A program made the translations under genes and the position numbers. A DNA stretch of 64,000 bases from Candidatus Binatia bacterium (GTDB taxonomy: Bacteria > Desulfobacterota > Binatia > HRBIN30). A model generated the notes under the pieces. The model saw only the letters and a program-made list of their open reading frames with translations, made no database searches and had not been told where the DNA came from. The DNA lies in NCBI GenBank assembly GCA_023150935.1, contig JAKLJW010000008.1, positions 1,721 through 65,720 of the forward strand, given 5' to 3'. This document shows positions 31,128 to 40,211 of this stretch, piece by piece. How positions within the stretch are numbered: the first letter of the stretch is position 1; each line of letters begins with the position of its first letter.

Positions 31128-31400
31128 TCAGTACCTATCGATGTTCTCTCTCAGGATCAGCTTCAGCATTGTCTGATAAGGCAAGCCGCGTTTCTTCCCC
31201 TTCTGGGTCAGACGCGCGATAAGATCCGCCTCCAATTTGATGGAGGTTGGCCGGAGGGGCCGAACCACGACCGCCGAACCGGCCGCCTGTGCTGCGTCCG
31301 CCCAGTCCCCGCCCACCGTATCATTGCGGGTATTCCTCACTACGCCGATTCGCTTTCCCGCCGCCGCCGGTTTCCTCTTCCCGGCCGATGAGGCTCTCAT
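31128..31400 (-). CDS. brnA: BrnA antitoxin (ribbon-helix-helix type)
   Basis: C-terminal PTSIKLEADLIARLTQKGKKRGLPYQTMLKLILRENIDRY matches the BrnA family. Start is uncertain; the ORF overlaps the brnT 3' end. Confidence 0.65.
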   Translation of the reverse strand: MRASSAGKRKPAAAGKRIGVVRNTRNDTVGGDWADAAQAAGSAVVVRPLRPTSIKLEADLIARLTQKGKKRGLPYQTMLKLILRENIDRY

Positions 31401-31710
31401 AGAATTTCCTTTCCTTACGCCCCATGGGGCGACAACTGATTACACGTACCTTCGCGCCGCGGCGGGTGAAGACCATCGTGAGCCGTTTGCCGGTGTCTGT
31501 CTCTCCGAAGAGCACCCAGCGGGGTTCCGCATAGACCGGACTCACGACGCGGCCGGCGAGCACGAACACGCGTTCGATCAGGGACTCCGCCTCGTCGCAG
31601 GTCACGCCGTGCTTGGTCGTGCTCTTCAGGCTGTTGCCCTGGTCCCATACAAACGGGGGACGCCGCGCAAGCCACGCCGCCGTCTCCTCATCCGCAACGA
31701 GCCGCCTCAT
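31321..31710 (-). CDS. brnT: BrnT toxin (DUF497 ribonuclease toxin)
   Basis: FVWDQGNSLKSTTKHGVTCDEAESL…VISCRPMGRKERKFYE matches the BrnT signature (FEWDenK…HGVsFeEA…IISaRkAtkrErk.Y). Confidence 0.7.
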   Translation of the reverse strand: MRRLVADEETAAWLARRPPFVWDQGNSLKSTTKHGVTCDEAESLIERVFVLAGRVVSPVYAEPRWVLFGETDTGKRLTMVFTRRGAKVRVISCRPMGRKERKFYESLIGREEETGGGGKANRRSEEYPQ

Positions 31711-31826
31711 TGCCCACCAGCAACGTAGCTACCGCGTAGCTACCCGTCAATCATCGTACGGAGCCGCGCCCGCGATGCTTTGCGTTGCCGGCGTTGCTCC
31801 GCTCCTTGATCCCGTTGGGCGGAACC

Positions 31827-31862
31827 GACGAGACACCCACGTGCGAACCCGACCCGCCACCG
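31827..31862 (+). repeat. 36-bp imperfect direct repeat, copy 1 (gacgagacacccacgtgcgaacccgacccgccaccg)
   Basis: 33/36 identical to 32069-32104. Both lie downstream of the tRNA-Sec 3' end. Confidence 0.55.
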
Positions 31863-32068
31863 ATGAGCGCAGGGTGAGCGGGGGAAACCCAATCAAATTC
31901 CACCACCGCTCAGGCTGAGCCTGTCGAAGCCGGGTTTGGCCGCTTATCGACAGTCTCTTTCGCGGGAATGACGAAGGTCCCGCCGAGGCTTTGCAGGACG
32001 GCCACCCACGCGGTTTTCGCTGACCCTTGCCACAGGCTGCCGAGCATCCGTTAGTGTAACTGACGAAC

Positions 32069-32104
32069 TGACGACACACCCACGTGCAAACCCCACCCGC
32101 CACC
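32069..32104 (+). repeat. 36-bp imperfect direct repeat, copy 2
   Basis: See copy 1. Lies about 205 bp from the tRNA-Sec 3' end. Confidence 0.55.
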
Positions 32105-32309
32105 GTTCGTGCCGAGTAGCGCCGCTTCCTCAGGCGCGTATCGAGGCACGTCCGCTGTCACCCCTCGATACGGCCCCTGAACAAACGGGTCCTACTCGGG
32201 GCGAACGGGGAGTTGCGGGCATTGGGTTGCGGGGGGTAGCCCGCGCGATGTTCCAGGAGGAGGAGGACAAGTCCTCCGTAGCCCCCGCGTCAGATGAAGC
32301 GTGCGCGGG

Positions 32310-32403
32310 GGCGGAGGAGGAAGGGAGTCGAACCCTCCGTCCGACTTGCGCCGGACCACGCGGTTTTGAAGACCGGGGAGGCCACCGGGCCCCATCCTCC
32401 TCC
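32310..32403 (-). tRNA. selC: tRNA-Sec (selenocysteine tRNA, anticodon UCA)
   Basis: Hand-folded. 8-bp acceptor stem (GGAGGAGG/CCTCCTCC). 6-bp D-stem with 4-nt loop. 6-bp anticodon stem (one C·C mismatch) with loop CUUCAAA, identical to the E. coli tRNA-Sec loop. Long variable arm (5-bp stem). 5-bp T-stem with GTTCGACTC T-loop. Discriminator G. CCA is not encoded. Confidence 0.8.
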
Positions 32404-32580
32404 GTACCGTCCGCAAGACTATTCGATTTGAGAACATGGGCAAGGCGGGGATGAAGGGCCTGGGGGATCCACCACCTCACGTCCCCACGCCCTCATGCCC
32501 CCATGCCCTCACGCCCCAAGCCCCCAGCCATTGTCCCCGCCCTCCGTTTGCGTATTCTCTGGGCCCGGAGGACCGTACTC

Positions 32581-33786
32581 ATGCCTGCAGAACACGGCGC
32601 GCCCCCGTGGCGTAGCTTCGATCTCTTCGCCCCCACCGACGAACACCGCATGCTCGCCGACACTCTGCACACTTTCGTCCGCGACGAGGTGGAACCGCAA
32701 GCCGCCGCTTACAACCGCGACGAGCGCTTCAACCTTGCCCTGTTCCGCCGCGCCGGCGAACTCGGCCTGCTCGGGCTCACCATCCCCGAAAGCGAAGGCG
32801 GCGCCGGACTCGATGCCACCGCCGCGGTCATGACCCACGAGGCCCTCTCGTATGCCGACCCCGCCTTCTGCCTCTCGTACCTGGCGCACGCCGTGCTCTT
32901 CGCCCACAACTTCGCCCACAACGCCACCCCCGCCCAGCTTGCCCGCGTCCTGCCCAAAGCCATCAGCGGCGAGTGGATCGGCGGCATGTGCATGACCGAA
33001 CCGGACGCCGGCACCGACGTCCTCGGCATGCGCTCCACCGCCGTCCGCCAGGGCGATCACTACGTCCTCAACGGCCGCAAAATGTTCATCACCAACGGCG
33101 CTGTCGACGACCACACCCTCGGCGACGTCTTCCTCGTCTACGCCAAGACCGACGGCAAGATCAGCACCTTCCTGATCGAGAAGGGATTTCCCGGATTCGC
33201 CCTCGGCCAGCGCCTGCACGACAAGCTCGGCATGCGCGCCTCGATGACCGCCGAGCTGGTCTTCGATAACTGCATCGTGCCCGCCGGCAACCTCATCGGC
33301 CACGAAGGCGAGAGCATGAAACACATGATGCGGAACCTCGAGATGGAACGTCTGACCCTCGCCGCCATGTCGCTCGGCATCGCCATGCGCGCGGTCGAGG
33401 TCATGTTCCGCTACGCCAACGAGCGGAAGGCGTTCGGCACCGCCATCCGTGACTTCGGTCAGGTTCAGGCCCACCTCGCCAACTCGTACGCCGAGTTCAA
33501 AGCCGCCCGCGCCCTGGTCTACGATGTCGCGCGCCGGCTCGACCCCAGCACCTTCGGCAACCGCGCCGACGCCGACGCCGCTAAACTGTTCGCCGCCCGC
33601 ATCGCCAAAGACATCGCCGACCGCGCCATTCAGGTCCTCGGCGGCTACGGCTACATCGGCGAGTACGTCGTCGAACGCCTGTGGCGCGATGCCAAGTTGC
33701 TGGAGATCGGCGGCGGCACCAACGAGGCGCACCAGAAGAACATCACCAAAGACGTCTCCCGCACCCCGGAGATGATCCGCCGGTGA
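32581..33786 (+). CDS. Acyl-CoA dehydrogenase (isovaleryl/short-branched-chain type)
   Basis: Canonical ACAD architecture with …GGYGYIGEYVVERLWRDAKLLEIGGGTNE… C-terminus. ATG 32581. Confidence 0.85.
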   Translation: MPAEHGAPPWRSFDLFAPTDEHRMLADTLHTFVRDEVEPQAAAYNRDERFNLALFRRAGELGLLGLTIPESEGGAGLDATAAVMTHEALSYADPAFCLSYLAHAVLFAHNFAHNATPAQLARVLPKAISGEWIGGMCMTEPDAGTDVLGMRSTAVRQGDHYVLNGRKMFITNGAVDDHTLGDVFLVYAKTDGKISTFLIEKGFPGFALGQRLHDKLGMRASMTAELVFDNCIVPAGNLIGHEGESMKHMMRNLEMERLTLAAMSLGIAMRAVEVMFRYANERKAFGTAIRDFGQVQAHLANSYAEFKAARALVYDVARRLDPSTFGNRADADAAKLFAARIAKDIADRAIQVLGGYGYIGEYVVERLWRDAKLLEIGGGTNEAHQKNITKDVSRTPEMIRR

Positions 33787-34745
33787 ACCGCCCCATTCTC
33801 GCCGCAATGGTCACGCTCGCGGTCGCCGCCGGCACCGCATGCGCCCACCCCCCGCACGCCTCCACGTCCCCACGCCCCCACGCCCTCACGCCCCCACGCC
33901 CCCCCCGCTTCTTCGTCCACGGCGACGGCCGTTTACGGCTCCGCCACGCCCACTTCAACAGCGTCCTCGACGTTCGCTATCGCCGCCCCGACGGCACTTA
34001 CGATCCGGCGGCGCTGGCCGAGATCCGGCACTTCTTCCGTTCCCGCGGCGACGGACGCGAAGGCCGCATATCGCTGCGACTGATCGAGCTGCTCGGCTAC
34101 GTACAAACCCACTACCGGCCACGGACGATGACCCTCGTCTCCGGATATCGCAGTCCGGACTACAACGAAGGAATCCGCTCGGCCGGGGCGCTGGCGGCGC
34201 AAACCTCGCTGCACACCCAGGGCCTTGCCGCGGACGTGGCAATGACCGGCGTCAACTTGAAGCGGCTCTGGACCGACCTGCGCGCCGAACAAGTCGGCGG
34301 CGCCGGGTACTACCGTAGCGGCAACTTCCTGCACCTCGACACCGGGCCGCCGCGCTTCTGGGAGGAAACGACCTCGCGGGTGAAAGACAACCTCTCCGCC
34401 GACAACGCGCGCGTCTTCGTTCGCACGGACTTCGACTACTACGACCGGCTCGACGGCGCCCGGGTGGAGCTGCACAGCGTCACGGCGTTTCCCCTCGCGA
34501 TCCGCCGGGAAGCGTCCGTGGGGGGAACGCAGGTTGTGCTCGAAGCGGCGGACAACACGCCGGCGACGCGGCGCGGCGATTGCCTCGTCATCGACGCCCC
34601 GGCCGACGCCTACGTCTTCAACGTACGCTCCGCCGACGGGCACGGTTCCGCCGGCAAGGCGCCGCTGGTGCTCACCACCTGCGCGCCGCGCACCGGCAAG
34701 ACGAAGGCCGAACTGGTCTCGAATCCGATCGAGGCGGAGCGGTAG
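33783..34745 (+). CDS. DUF882 / peptidase M15A family protein (YcbK/MepK-like), secreted
   Basis: GTG 33783 overlaps the ACAD TGA (GTGA). Signal peptide present. SGYRSPDYNEGIRSAGALAAQTSLHTQGLAADV…LHLDTG core of DUF882 zinc peptidases. Confidence 0.7.
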   Translation: MNRPILAAMVTLAVAAGTACAHPPHASTSPRPHALTPPRPPRFFVHGDGRLRLRHAHFNSVLDVRYRRPDGTYDPAALAEIRHFFRSRGDGREGRISLRLIELLGYVQTHYRPRTMTLVSGYRSPDYNEGIRSAGALAAQTSLHTQGLAADVAMTGVNLKRLWTDLRAEQVGGAGYYRSGNFLHLDTGPPRFWEETTSRVKDNLSADNARVFVRTDFDYYDRLDGARVELHSVTAFPLAIRREASVGGTQVVLEAADNTPATRRGDCLVIDAPADAYVFNVRSADGHGSAGKAPLVLTTCAPRTGKTKAELVSNPIEAER

Positions 34746-34828
34746 CGGCACTTCGTACGCGCGGCGCACCGAACCCGGGCAAGTGCGGGGCGGCAGCCGG
34801 CGCCGCTCTGCGGCGGGTTGGGTCCTGC

Positions 34829-35635
34829 CTATTCGGGCTTTTCGAGGGCGTCGAGCTGGGGCGGCTCGATCTTCTTGAAGCCGGCGGGGACGGCGAACAC
34901 GTCGGCCGGCGGGGTTTCCGACTTTACCTCGATGGCCTCGGTCGTCGTCGAGGTCCGCTCCCCTCCGGCGCCCCAATCGATGGTCGTGCGCAGCGGAACG
35001 CCCTGCACGCTGGCCAGCGTTTCCATCACGCGAGCCATGTCCCAGCCTTCGCCGAGGTCTTTCGTCGCCGCCACGGCCTTCTCGGCGTAACCCGGCGGCA
35101 GGCGCAACGACTCGGCCACCCACGCCTCGATCGACGAGTCGCCGCTGCGGGCGGCGTATTCTTTGGTCTCGTAACCGGCGATCCGTTCCGTCTTGCCCGT
35201 GGGTTTCAATTCCGCGGCCGGGGAGTTGGCCATGCCGCCCTCGCCCCCGCCCATCTTACCCAGGTATTGTTGGGCACGGGCGCGGGCTTCCGGGGGCATT
35301 TCCGCCATCTGCTGTTCGAGCTGACGGCGCATCTTGTCCATGTGCACCCGCACCCCGCGCACGCGTTCCCGCATGGCCACGAAGCTCTCGCTGTAATAGG
35401 TCTTGTCTTCCTTGTTCACGAAGGTCAGGCGATCGGTGTCAAGGTCCAGTATGAGCCGCATCGCCCTGGTATCGACGGCCATCTTGCCGCCCGACCAGTA
35501 CTGGGTCGACTCCTCCGGCGGCGTGCCCATGCCGGCGTTGGTGACACGCTGGCGAACGATCAAATCGAGCGCCGACGCCGGCGACGCCAGCGTCGCTACA
35601 ATCGTCACGATCCACAATCCCTTCACGCGCTTTAC
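34829..35635 (-). CDS. Hypothetical secreted protein (DUF4412-like)
   Basis: Signal peptide (VKRVKGLWIVTIVATLASPASA). No catalytic motif recognised. Confidence 0.4.
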   Translation of the reverse strand, partial: VKRVKGLWIVTIVATLASPASALDLIVRQRVTNAGMGTPPEESTQYWSGGKMAVDTRAMRLILDLDTDRLTFVNKEDKTYYSESFVAMRERVRGVRVHMDKMRRQLEQQMAEMPPEARARAQQYLGKMGGGEGGMANSPAAELKPTGKTERIAGYETKEYAARSGDSSIEAWVAESLRLPPGYAEKAVAATKDLGEGWDMARVMETLASVQGVPLRTTIDWGAGGERTSTTTEAIEVKSETPPADVFAVPAGFKKIEPPQLDALEKPE

Positions 35636-35808
35636 GCTTCTCACGGCCGGTCCTCCTGGCTGCATTGCGACGCCACCGGCACTCAGGACCGGGGAGTGGC
35701 GCCCCGTGCTTACGGCGACCGGCGCCCGCCGTCAACGGCGCGGGGTCCATTATACGATCGTGAACCCGCGCCCCTTGCCTCTTGGGGTCGATGCGGTATC
35801 GTCCGCGC

Positions 35809-37065
35809 ATGCACGTCGAGGAAACGGTGGTGGCGCTGTGCCGCGAGGCGCGGCAGGCGGCGCGGCGGCTGGCTACCGCCGGTACGGAGACGAAGAACCG
35901 CTGCCTGCGCGACGCCGCGGGGCGGTTGCGCCGGGCCGGAGCCCGACTGCTGGAGGCCAATCGAGACGACGTGGCAAGAGGGCGAGAGGCCGGCATGTCG
36001 GCGGCATTCGTCGACCGGCTGACCCTCAACGAGGCGCGGATCGAGGCGATGGCCGCGGGGGTCGAGCAGGTGGCCGCCCTGCCCGATCCGGTCGGTGAAA
36101 CGATCGCGCAATGGAAGCGGCCGAACGGTCTCGAGATCGGTCAGGTGCGCATCCCGCTCGGCGTCGTCGGCGTGATCTACGAATCCCGCCCCAACGTAAC
36201 CGCCGACGCGGCGGCCCTGTGCCTGAAGGCGGGCAACGCCACGATCCTGCGGGGCGGGTCCGAGGCGATCATCACCAACCGGGCCATCGCCGGCGAGCTC
36301 GCGGCCGCGGCCGCCGCCGTGGGCCTCCCGGCCGCGGCCATCCAACTGGTGCCGACGACCGACCGCGAGGCGGTCCAGGTGTTGCTGCGGCAGAGCACCT
36401 ACATCGACGTCATTATTCCGCGCGGCGGCGAAAGCCTGATCCGCGCCATCACCGAGTCGTCGAAGATCCCGGTGGTACAGCACTATGCCGGGGTCTGCCA
36501 TACCTACGTCGACGCGCACGCCGACCTGGCCATGGCGGAACGGATCTGTTTCAACGCCAAGGTGCAGCGGCCCGGGGTCTGCAACGCCATGGAGACCATG
36601 CTGGTCCACGCCGCCGTGGCCGAGCGCTTCCTCCCCGCGATGCTGCGGGCGTTCGCCGACGCCGGAGTAAGGTTGCGCGGTTGCGATCGGACCAGAGCGA
36701 TCGTGCCGGCGGTCGATGCGGCGACCGAAGACGACTGGCGGACCGAGTACCTCGACCTCATCCTGGCGGTGAAGGTAGTCGACTCGCTCGACGAGGCGAT
36801 CGACTTCATTGCCGTTTACGGCACCGGTCACTCGGACGCGATCGTCACCGAGCATTACGGTAACGCGCGGCGGTTCCTCGCCGAGGTCGACTCGGCCGCC
36901 GTCTACGTCAACGCCTCGACGCGTTTCACCGACGGCTACGAATTCGGCTTCGGCGCCGAAGTGGGGATTTCGACCAATCGCCTGCACGCACGCGGTCCGA
37001 TGGGACTGCGTGAGCTGACCACATACAAGTACACGGTGCTCGGCAGCGGCCAGATTCGGCAATGA
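35809..37065 (+). CDS. proA: Gamma-glutamyl phosphate reductase
   Basis: Full-length match to the ProA layout (…VIYESRPNVT…CNAMETMLVH…ASTRFTDGYEFGFGAEVGISTNRLHARGPMGL…). Confidence 0.85.
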   Translation: MHVEETVVALCREARQAARRLATAGTETKNRCLRDAAGRLRRAGARLLEANRDDVARGREAGMSAAFVDRLTLNEARIEAMAAGVEQVAALPDPVGETIAQWKRPNGLEIGQVRIPLGVVGVIYESRPNVTADAAALCLKAGNATILRGGSEAIITNRAIAGELAAAAAAVGLPAAAIQLVPTTDREAVQVLLRQSTYIDVIIPRGGESLIRAITESSKIPVVQHYAGVCHTYVDAHADLAMAERICFNAKVQRPGVCNAMETMLVHAAVAERFLPAMLRAFADAGVRLRGCDRTRAIVPAVDAATEDDWRTEYLDLILAVKVVDSLDEAIDFIAVYGTGHSDAIVTEHYGNARRFLAEVDSAAVYVNASTRFTDGYEFGFGAEVGISTNRLHARGPMGLRELTTYKYTVLGSGQIRQ

Positions 37066-37075
37066 AGTCCCGGGC

Positions 37076-37783
37076 GTGAACAGCGCGGCGCATCGACGCC
37101 GCCGAGCGCCCCGCCGGCGGGCGGTGAGGATCGGCATACTCGGCGGCACCTTCAATCCCATTCACCTCGCGCACCTGCGCTGTGCGGAGGAGGTGGGTCA
37201 GGCGCAGGCGCTCGACCGGGTTCTGTTCGTGCCGAGCGCGACGCCGCCGCACAAGGGCGCCGACAACCTGGCCCCGGCGGCCGCTCGGCTGGCCATGGTG
37301 CGGCTCGCCATTGCCGGCAACCCGCGCTTCCGCGTCTCCACGCTGGAGATCGACCGTGGCGGCCGTTCGTACTCGGTCGACACGTTACTGGCCTTGCGCG
37401 CGGCCATGCCGGAGGCGCACCTCACCTTCATCTTGGGCATGGACGCCTTCCGCGAGATCGAAACGTGGAAGCGTTACGCCCAACTGTTCGAGCTCTGCGA
37501 CCTGGTGGTAACTTCCCGGCCACCGTTGCCCGACCCGCCGGCACGCCTCATCTTGCCCGTTGCCGTGCGACGGCAGTTCTGGTATCAGCCCGAACAGGGA
37601 ATCTTGGAGCATCACAGGGGTACGAAAGTCATTTTCCAACCGATCACCGCCCTCGACATCTCCGCCTCGGCCATCCGGCAGCGTCTCGCCACCGGGGCGT
37701 CGGTTCGCTACCTCGTCCCCGACTCTGTCCTCCGATACATTCGACGGCACGGGCTGTACGCGCCGGAAGCGGTGTCGCATTGA
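37076..37783 (+). CDS. nadD: Nicotinate-nucleotide adenylyltransferase
   Basis: GILGGTFNPIHLAHL (HxGH-type motif) and SxTxxR region. Conserved proA-nadD-rsfS order. Confidence 0.85.
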   Translation: MNSAAHRRRRAPRRRAVRIGILGGTFNPIHLAHLRCAEEVGQAQALDRVLFVPSATPPHKGADNLAPAAARLAMVRLAIAGNPRFRVSTLEIDRGGRSYSVDTLLALRAAMPEAHLTFILGMDAFREIETWKRYAQLFELCDLVVTSRPPLPDPPARLILPVAVRRQFWYQPEQGILEHHRGTKVIFQPITALDISASAIRQRLATGASVRYLVPDSVLRYIRRHGLYAPEAVSH

Positions 37784-38181
37784 CGTCCAACAGCTCGCTG
37801 GAAAAGGCCCTCCAGTGCGTCCGTTTCGCGCTCGAGAAGAAGGCGTACGACCTGGTGCTGATGGACGTCGAGGCTTTGACTTCGCTCGCCAGCTATTTCC
37901 TGATCTGCACGGGCCGTTCCGACACACAGGTCCAGGCGATCGCCCAGGCGATCGAGGGAAACCTGAGTCTGGTGGGGTTCAAGCCCCTATCGATCGAGGG
38001 ATACACCGCCGGTCAGTGGGTGATCCTCGACTTCGGCGACGTGCTCGTCCACGTCTTCTACGAGCCGGTGCGCGAGTTCTACGATCTCGAGCGGCTGTGG
38101 GCGCGGGCCCCCCGCGTCGCGCTCCCCGAGCCCTACCGCAGTCAGGCCAACGATCTGCGCCTGGCCGGTCACGGGCGCTGA
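37780..38181 (+). CDS. rsfS: Ribosomal silencing factor RsfS (Iojap family)
   Basis: TTG 37780 overlaps the nadD TGA. KALQCVRFALEKKAYDLVLMDV…FLICTGRSDTQVQAIA matches RsfS. Confidence 0.8.
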   Translation: MTSNSSLEKALQCVRFALEKKAYDLVLMDVEALTSLASYFLICTGRSDTQVQAIAQAIEGNLSLVGFKPLSIEGYTAGQWVILDFGDVLVHVFYEPVREFYDLERLWARAPRVALPEPYRSQANDLRLAGHGR

Positions 38182-38205
38182 ATCTTCGCGCCCGGGTGAC
38201 GAGAT

Positions 38206-39501
38206 ATGCGCCGGCTGTTCGCCATCGTCGTCGGCCTGCTCGTGGTGCTCGGGGTGGTCTACCTGGCCTCGGTCAATCCGACCCACGTGGACTTCCATTA
38301 CGGACCGGTCCACCGTCTCGAACAGGTGCACGTCGTCACGTTGCTGGTAGCGGCGTTCACGGGCGGAGTAATTCTGGTGGTCCTCGTGCTCCTGCTGCAG
38401 GCGGGCTGGAGGACCGTTGCCGGCTGGGGGCCGAGCCGACGCGAGCGACGCAGCGATCGAGTCATGGAATGGACCGCCGCCGGACAAGATCTGGTGTGGC
38501 GCGGCGATGCGCAACGGGGACGCAGCCTGCTGCAGAGAGCCTGGCGATCCCGGCCGGACGACCCGTCCCCGCTGGTGGCCCTGGCGGCCTCGTACCGGGA
38601 GGCCGGCGAGGTCGGGCGGGCGCGGGCCCTGCTCATGGAAAAGGCGCGCGATCACCATACCGACCCCGACGTGCTTCTGGCTCTGGCGGAGGCACAGCAG
38701 GCCGACGGCGACCGCGGTGCGGCCATAGAAACTCTTGAACGGCTGCGGGCCTTGCACCCGCGCGCCGCACGCGGCCTGCGCGCACTGCGGGACGCGTACA
38801 TCGACGCCGGGCGCTGGCAGGACGCCGCCTCCGTACACGAGGCGTGGATCGCGACGTTGAGCGATCCGAGACAGATGGCTCGCGAGCGGGACCATCTGGT
38901 CGTCCTGCGTTACGCCGCGGCGGTGGATCTAAAGGATGCACCGGCACGGGTTGCGGCGTTCGAGGCGCTCGCAGAGGGCCGGGTGGTTAGTGTCCCGGTG
39001 CTGGTCGGTCTCGGCGACGCGCTGCTCGGGGCGGGGCGCAGCGACGAGGCTTCAGTGTTGTGGGAACGAGCGTTGCGGGCAGCGCCGCGGACCGTGTTCG
39101 TCGAGCGGCTGACGGCGATGGCAAACGAGCCTGCGCATCGGGAGCGAATACGCAACCTGCTCCGCAAGTTGCGCGCGGATCACGTACAGCCGGACAGCGT
39201 GCTCTTGCTGCTTGCGCAGTTGAGCCTTCTGGACGGTGAGCCGGAGGAGGCGGCGCGGGCGTTGGAGGGCTTGCAGTCGCCGCCCCGCCACGCCGCGCTG
39301 CTCCACCACCTCTGGGGAGAAGTGCACCGGCGCCGGGGCGCGCTGGAACGGGCGGTGGCTGCCTACGCCCTGGTCAACGATGCGCCGTGGGCGTACCGCT
39401 GCCGCAACTGCAGCCGCCAGAGTCAGGCCTGGGTGGCGTACTGCCCGCAATGCCGGGGCTGGGACTCGTACCGCTCGGTGGCTGAAATCGGCCGTGACTG
39501 A
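38206..39501 (+). CDS. LapB/YciM-like TPR protein with C-terminal rubredoxin-type zinc ribbon and LapA-like two-helix N-terminus
   Basis: Two N-terminal TM helices, TPR-like helical repeats, and C-terminal CRNCSRQSQAWVAYCPQCRGW (CxxC…CxxC). Confidence 0.6.
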   Translation: MRRLFAIVVGLLVVLGVVYLASVNPTHVDFHYGPVHRLEQVHVVTLLVAAFTGGVILVVLVLLLQAGWRTVAGWGPSRRERRSDRVMEWTAAGQDLVWRGDAQRGRSLLQRAWRSRPDDPSPLVALAASYREAGEVGRARALLMEKARDHHTDPDVLLALAEAQQADGDRGAAIETLERLRALHPRAARGLRALRDAYIDAGRWQDAASVHEAWIATLSDPRQMARERDHLVVLRYAAAVDLKDAPARVAAFEALAEGRVVSVPVLVGLGDALLGAGRSDEASVLWERALRAAPRTVFVERLTAMANEPAHRERIRNLLRKLRADHVQPDSVLLLLAQLSLLDGEPEEAARALEGLQSPPRHAALLHHLWGEVHRRRGALERAVAAYALVNDAPWAYRCRNCSRQSQAWVAYCPQCRGWDSYRSVAEIGRD

Positions 39502-39507
39502 GCGCCG

Positions 39508-40125
39508 TCACTCGGCGCGCGGGATGTAGCCGTTGGCCTCGAGGTAAGACAGAATGACAGCGAGGCTTTCTTCCTGCGTCTGGCGGTGGGTTTGCACCGT
39601 GATTTCGGGCCGCTCGGGGGCCTCGTACGGAGCCGAGATGCCGGTGAACTCCGGGATTTCCCCCGCGCGAGCTTTCTTGTAGTGGCCCTTGGGGTCTCTG
39701 CGCTCGCACTCGTCGACACTGCACTCGACGTAGGTTTCGACGAACTCGCCGGGTTCCATGATGGCGCGGACACGGTCGCGATCGCTGCGGTACGGCGAAA
39801 TGAAGGCGGTGACATTGATGACCCCGGCGGTAGTAAACAGCTTGGCAACCTCGCCGATGCGACGGATGTTCTCGTTGCGGTCCTCGGGCGAAAACCCGAG
39901 GTCCTTGTTGAGTCCGTGCCGCACGTTGTCGCCATCGAGCACGAAGGAGTGTACGCCGCGCTCCCAGAGCGCCTTCTCGAGCGCGACGGCCAGCGTCGAC
40001 TTGCCGGAGGCCGGGAGTCCGGTCATCCACAGGGTACACGACTTGTGTCCGGTGATCGCCTCGCGATCGGCCTTGGTGACCATGCCCGGGTGCCACACGA
40101 CATGCTTCGACTTGAGATTTGCCAT
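39508..40125 (-). CDS. cysC: Adenylyl-sulfate kinase (APS kinase)
   Basis: P-loop [19 protein letters not shown], and FISPYRSDR motifs. Start [12 protein letters not shown] (ATG 40125). Confidence 0.85.
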   Translation of the reverse strand: MANLKSKHVVWHPGMVTKADREAITGHKSCTLWMTGLPASGKSTLAVALEKALWERGVHSFVLDGDNVRHGLNKDLGFSPEDRNENIRRIGEVAKLFTTAGVINVTAFISPYRSDRDRVRAIMEPGEFVETYVECSVDECERRDPKGHYKKARAGEIPEFTGISAPYEAPERPEITVQTHRQTQEESLAVILSYLEANGYIPRAE

Positions 40126-40211
40126 GAAACGCTTGTCCTTTGCCGCGAAAGTGGAGAGGCTTCTAGCCAACGCCCGCCGCCGCCTCAAGGCCGGCAGGAA
40201 GGACGTGCACA

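Noticed and set aside
31747-32103. 118-aa minus-strand ORF between brnT and tRNA-Sec
   Set aside because: It has no RBS and low-complexity composition, and it spans the two 36-bp direct repeats. The region is treated as non-coding.
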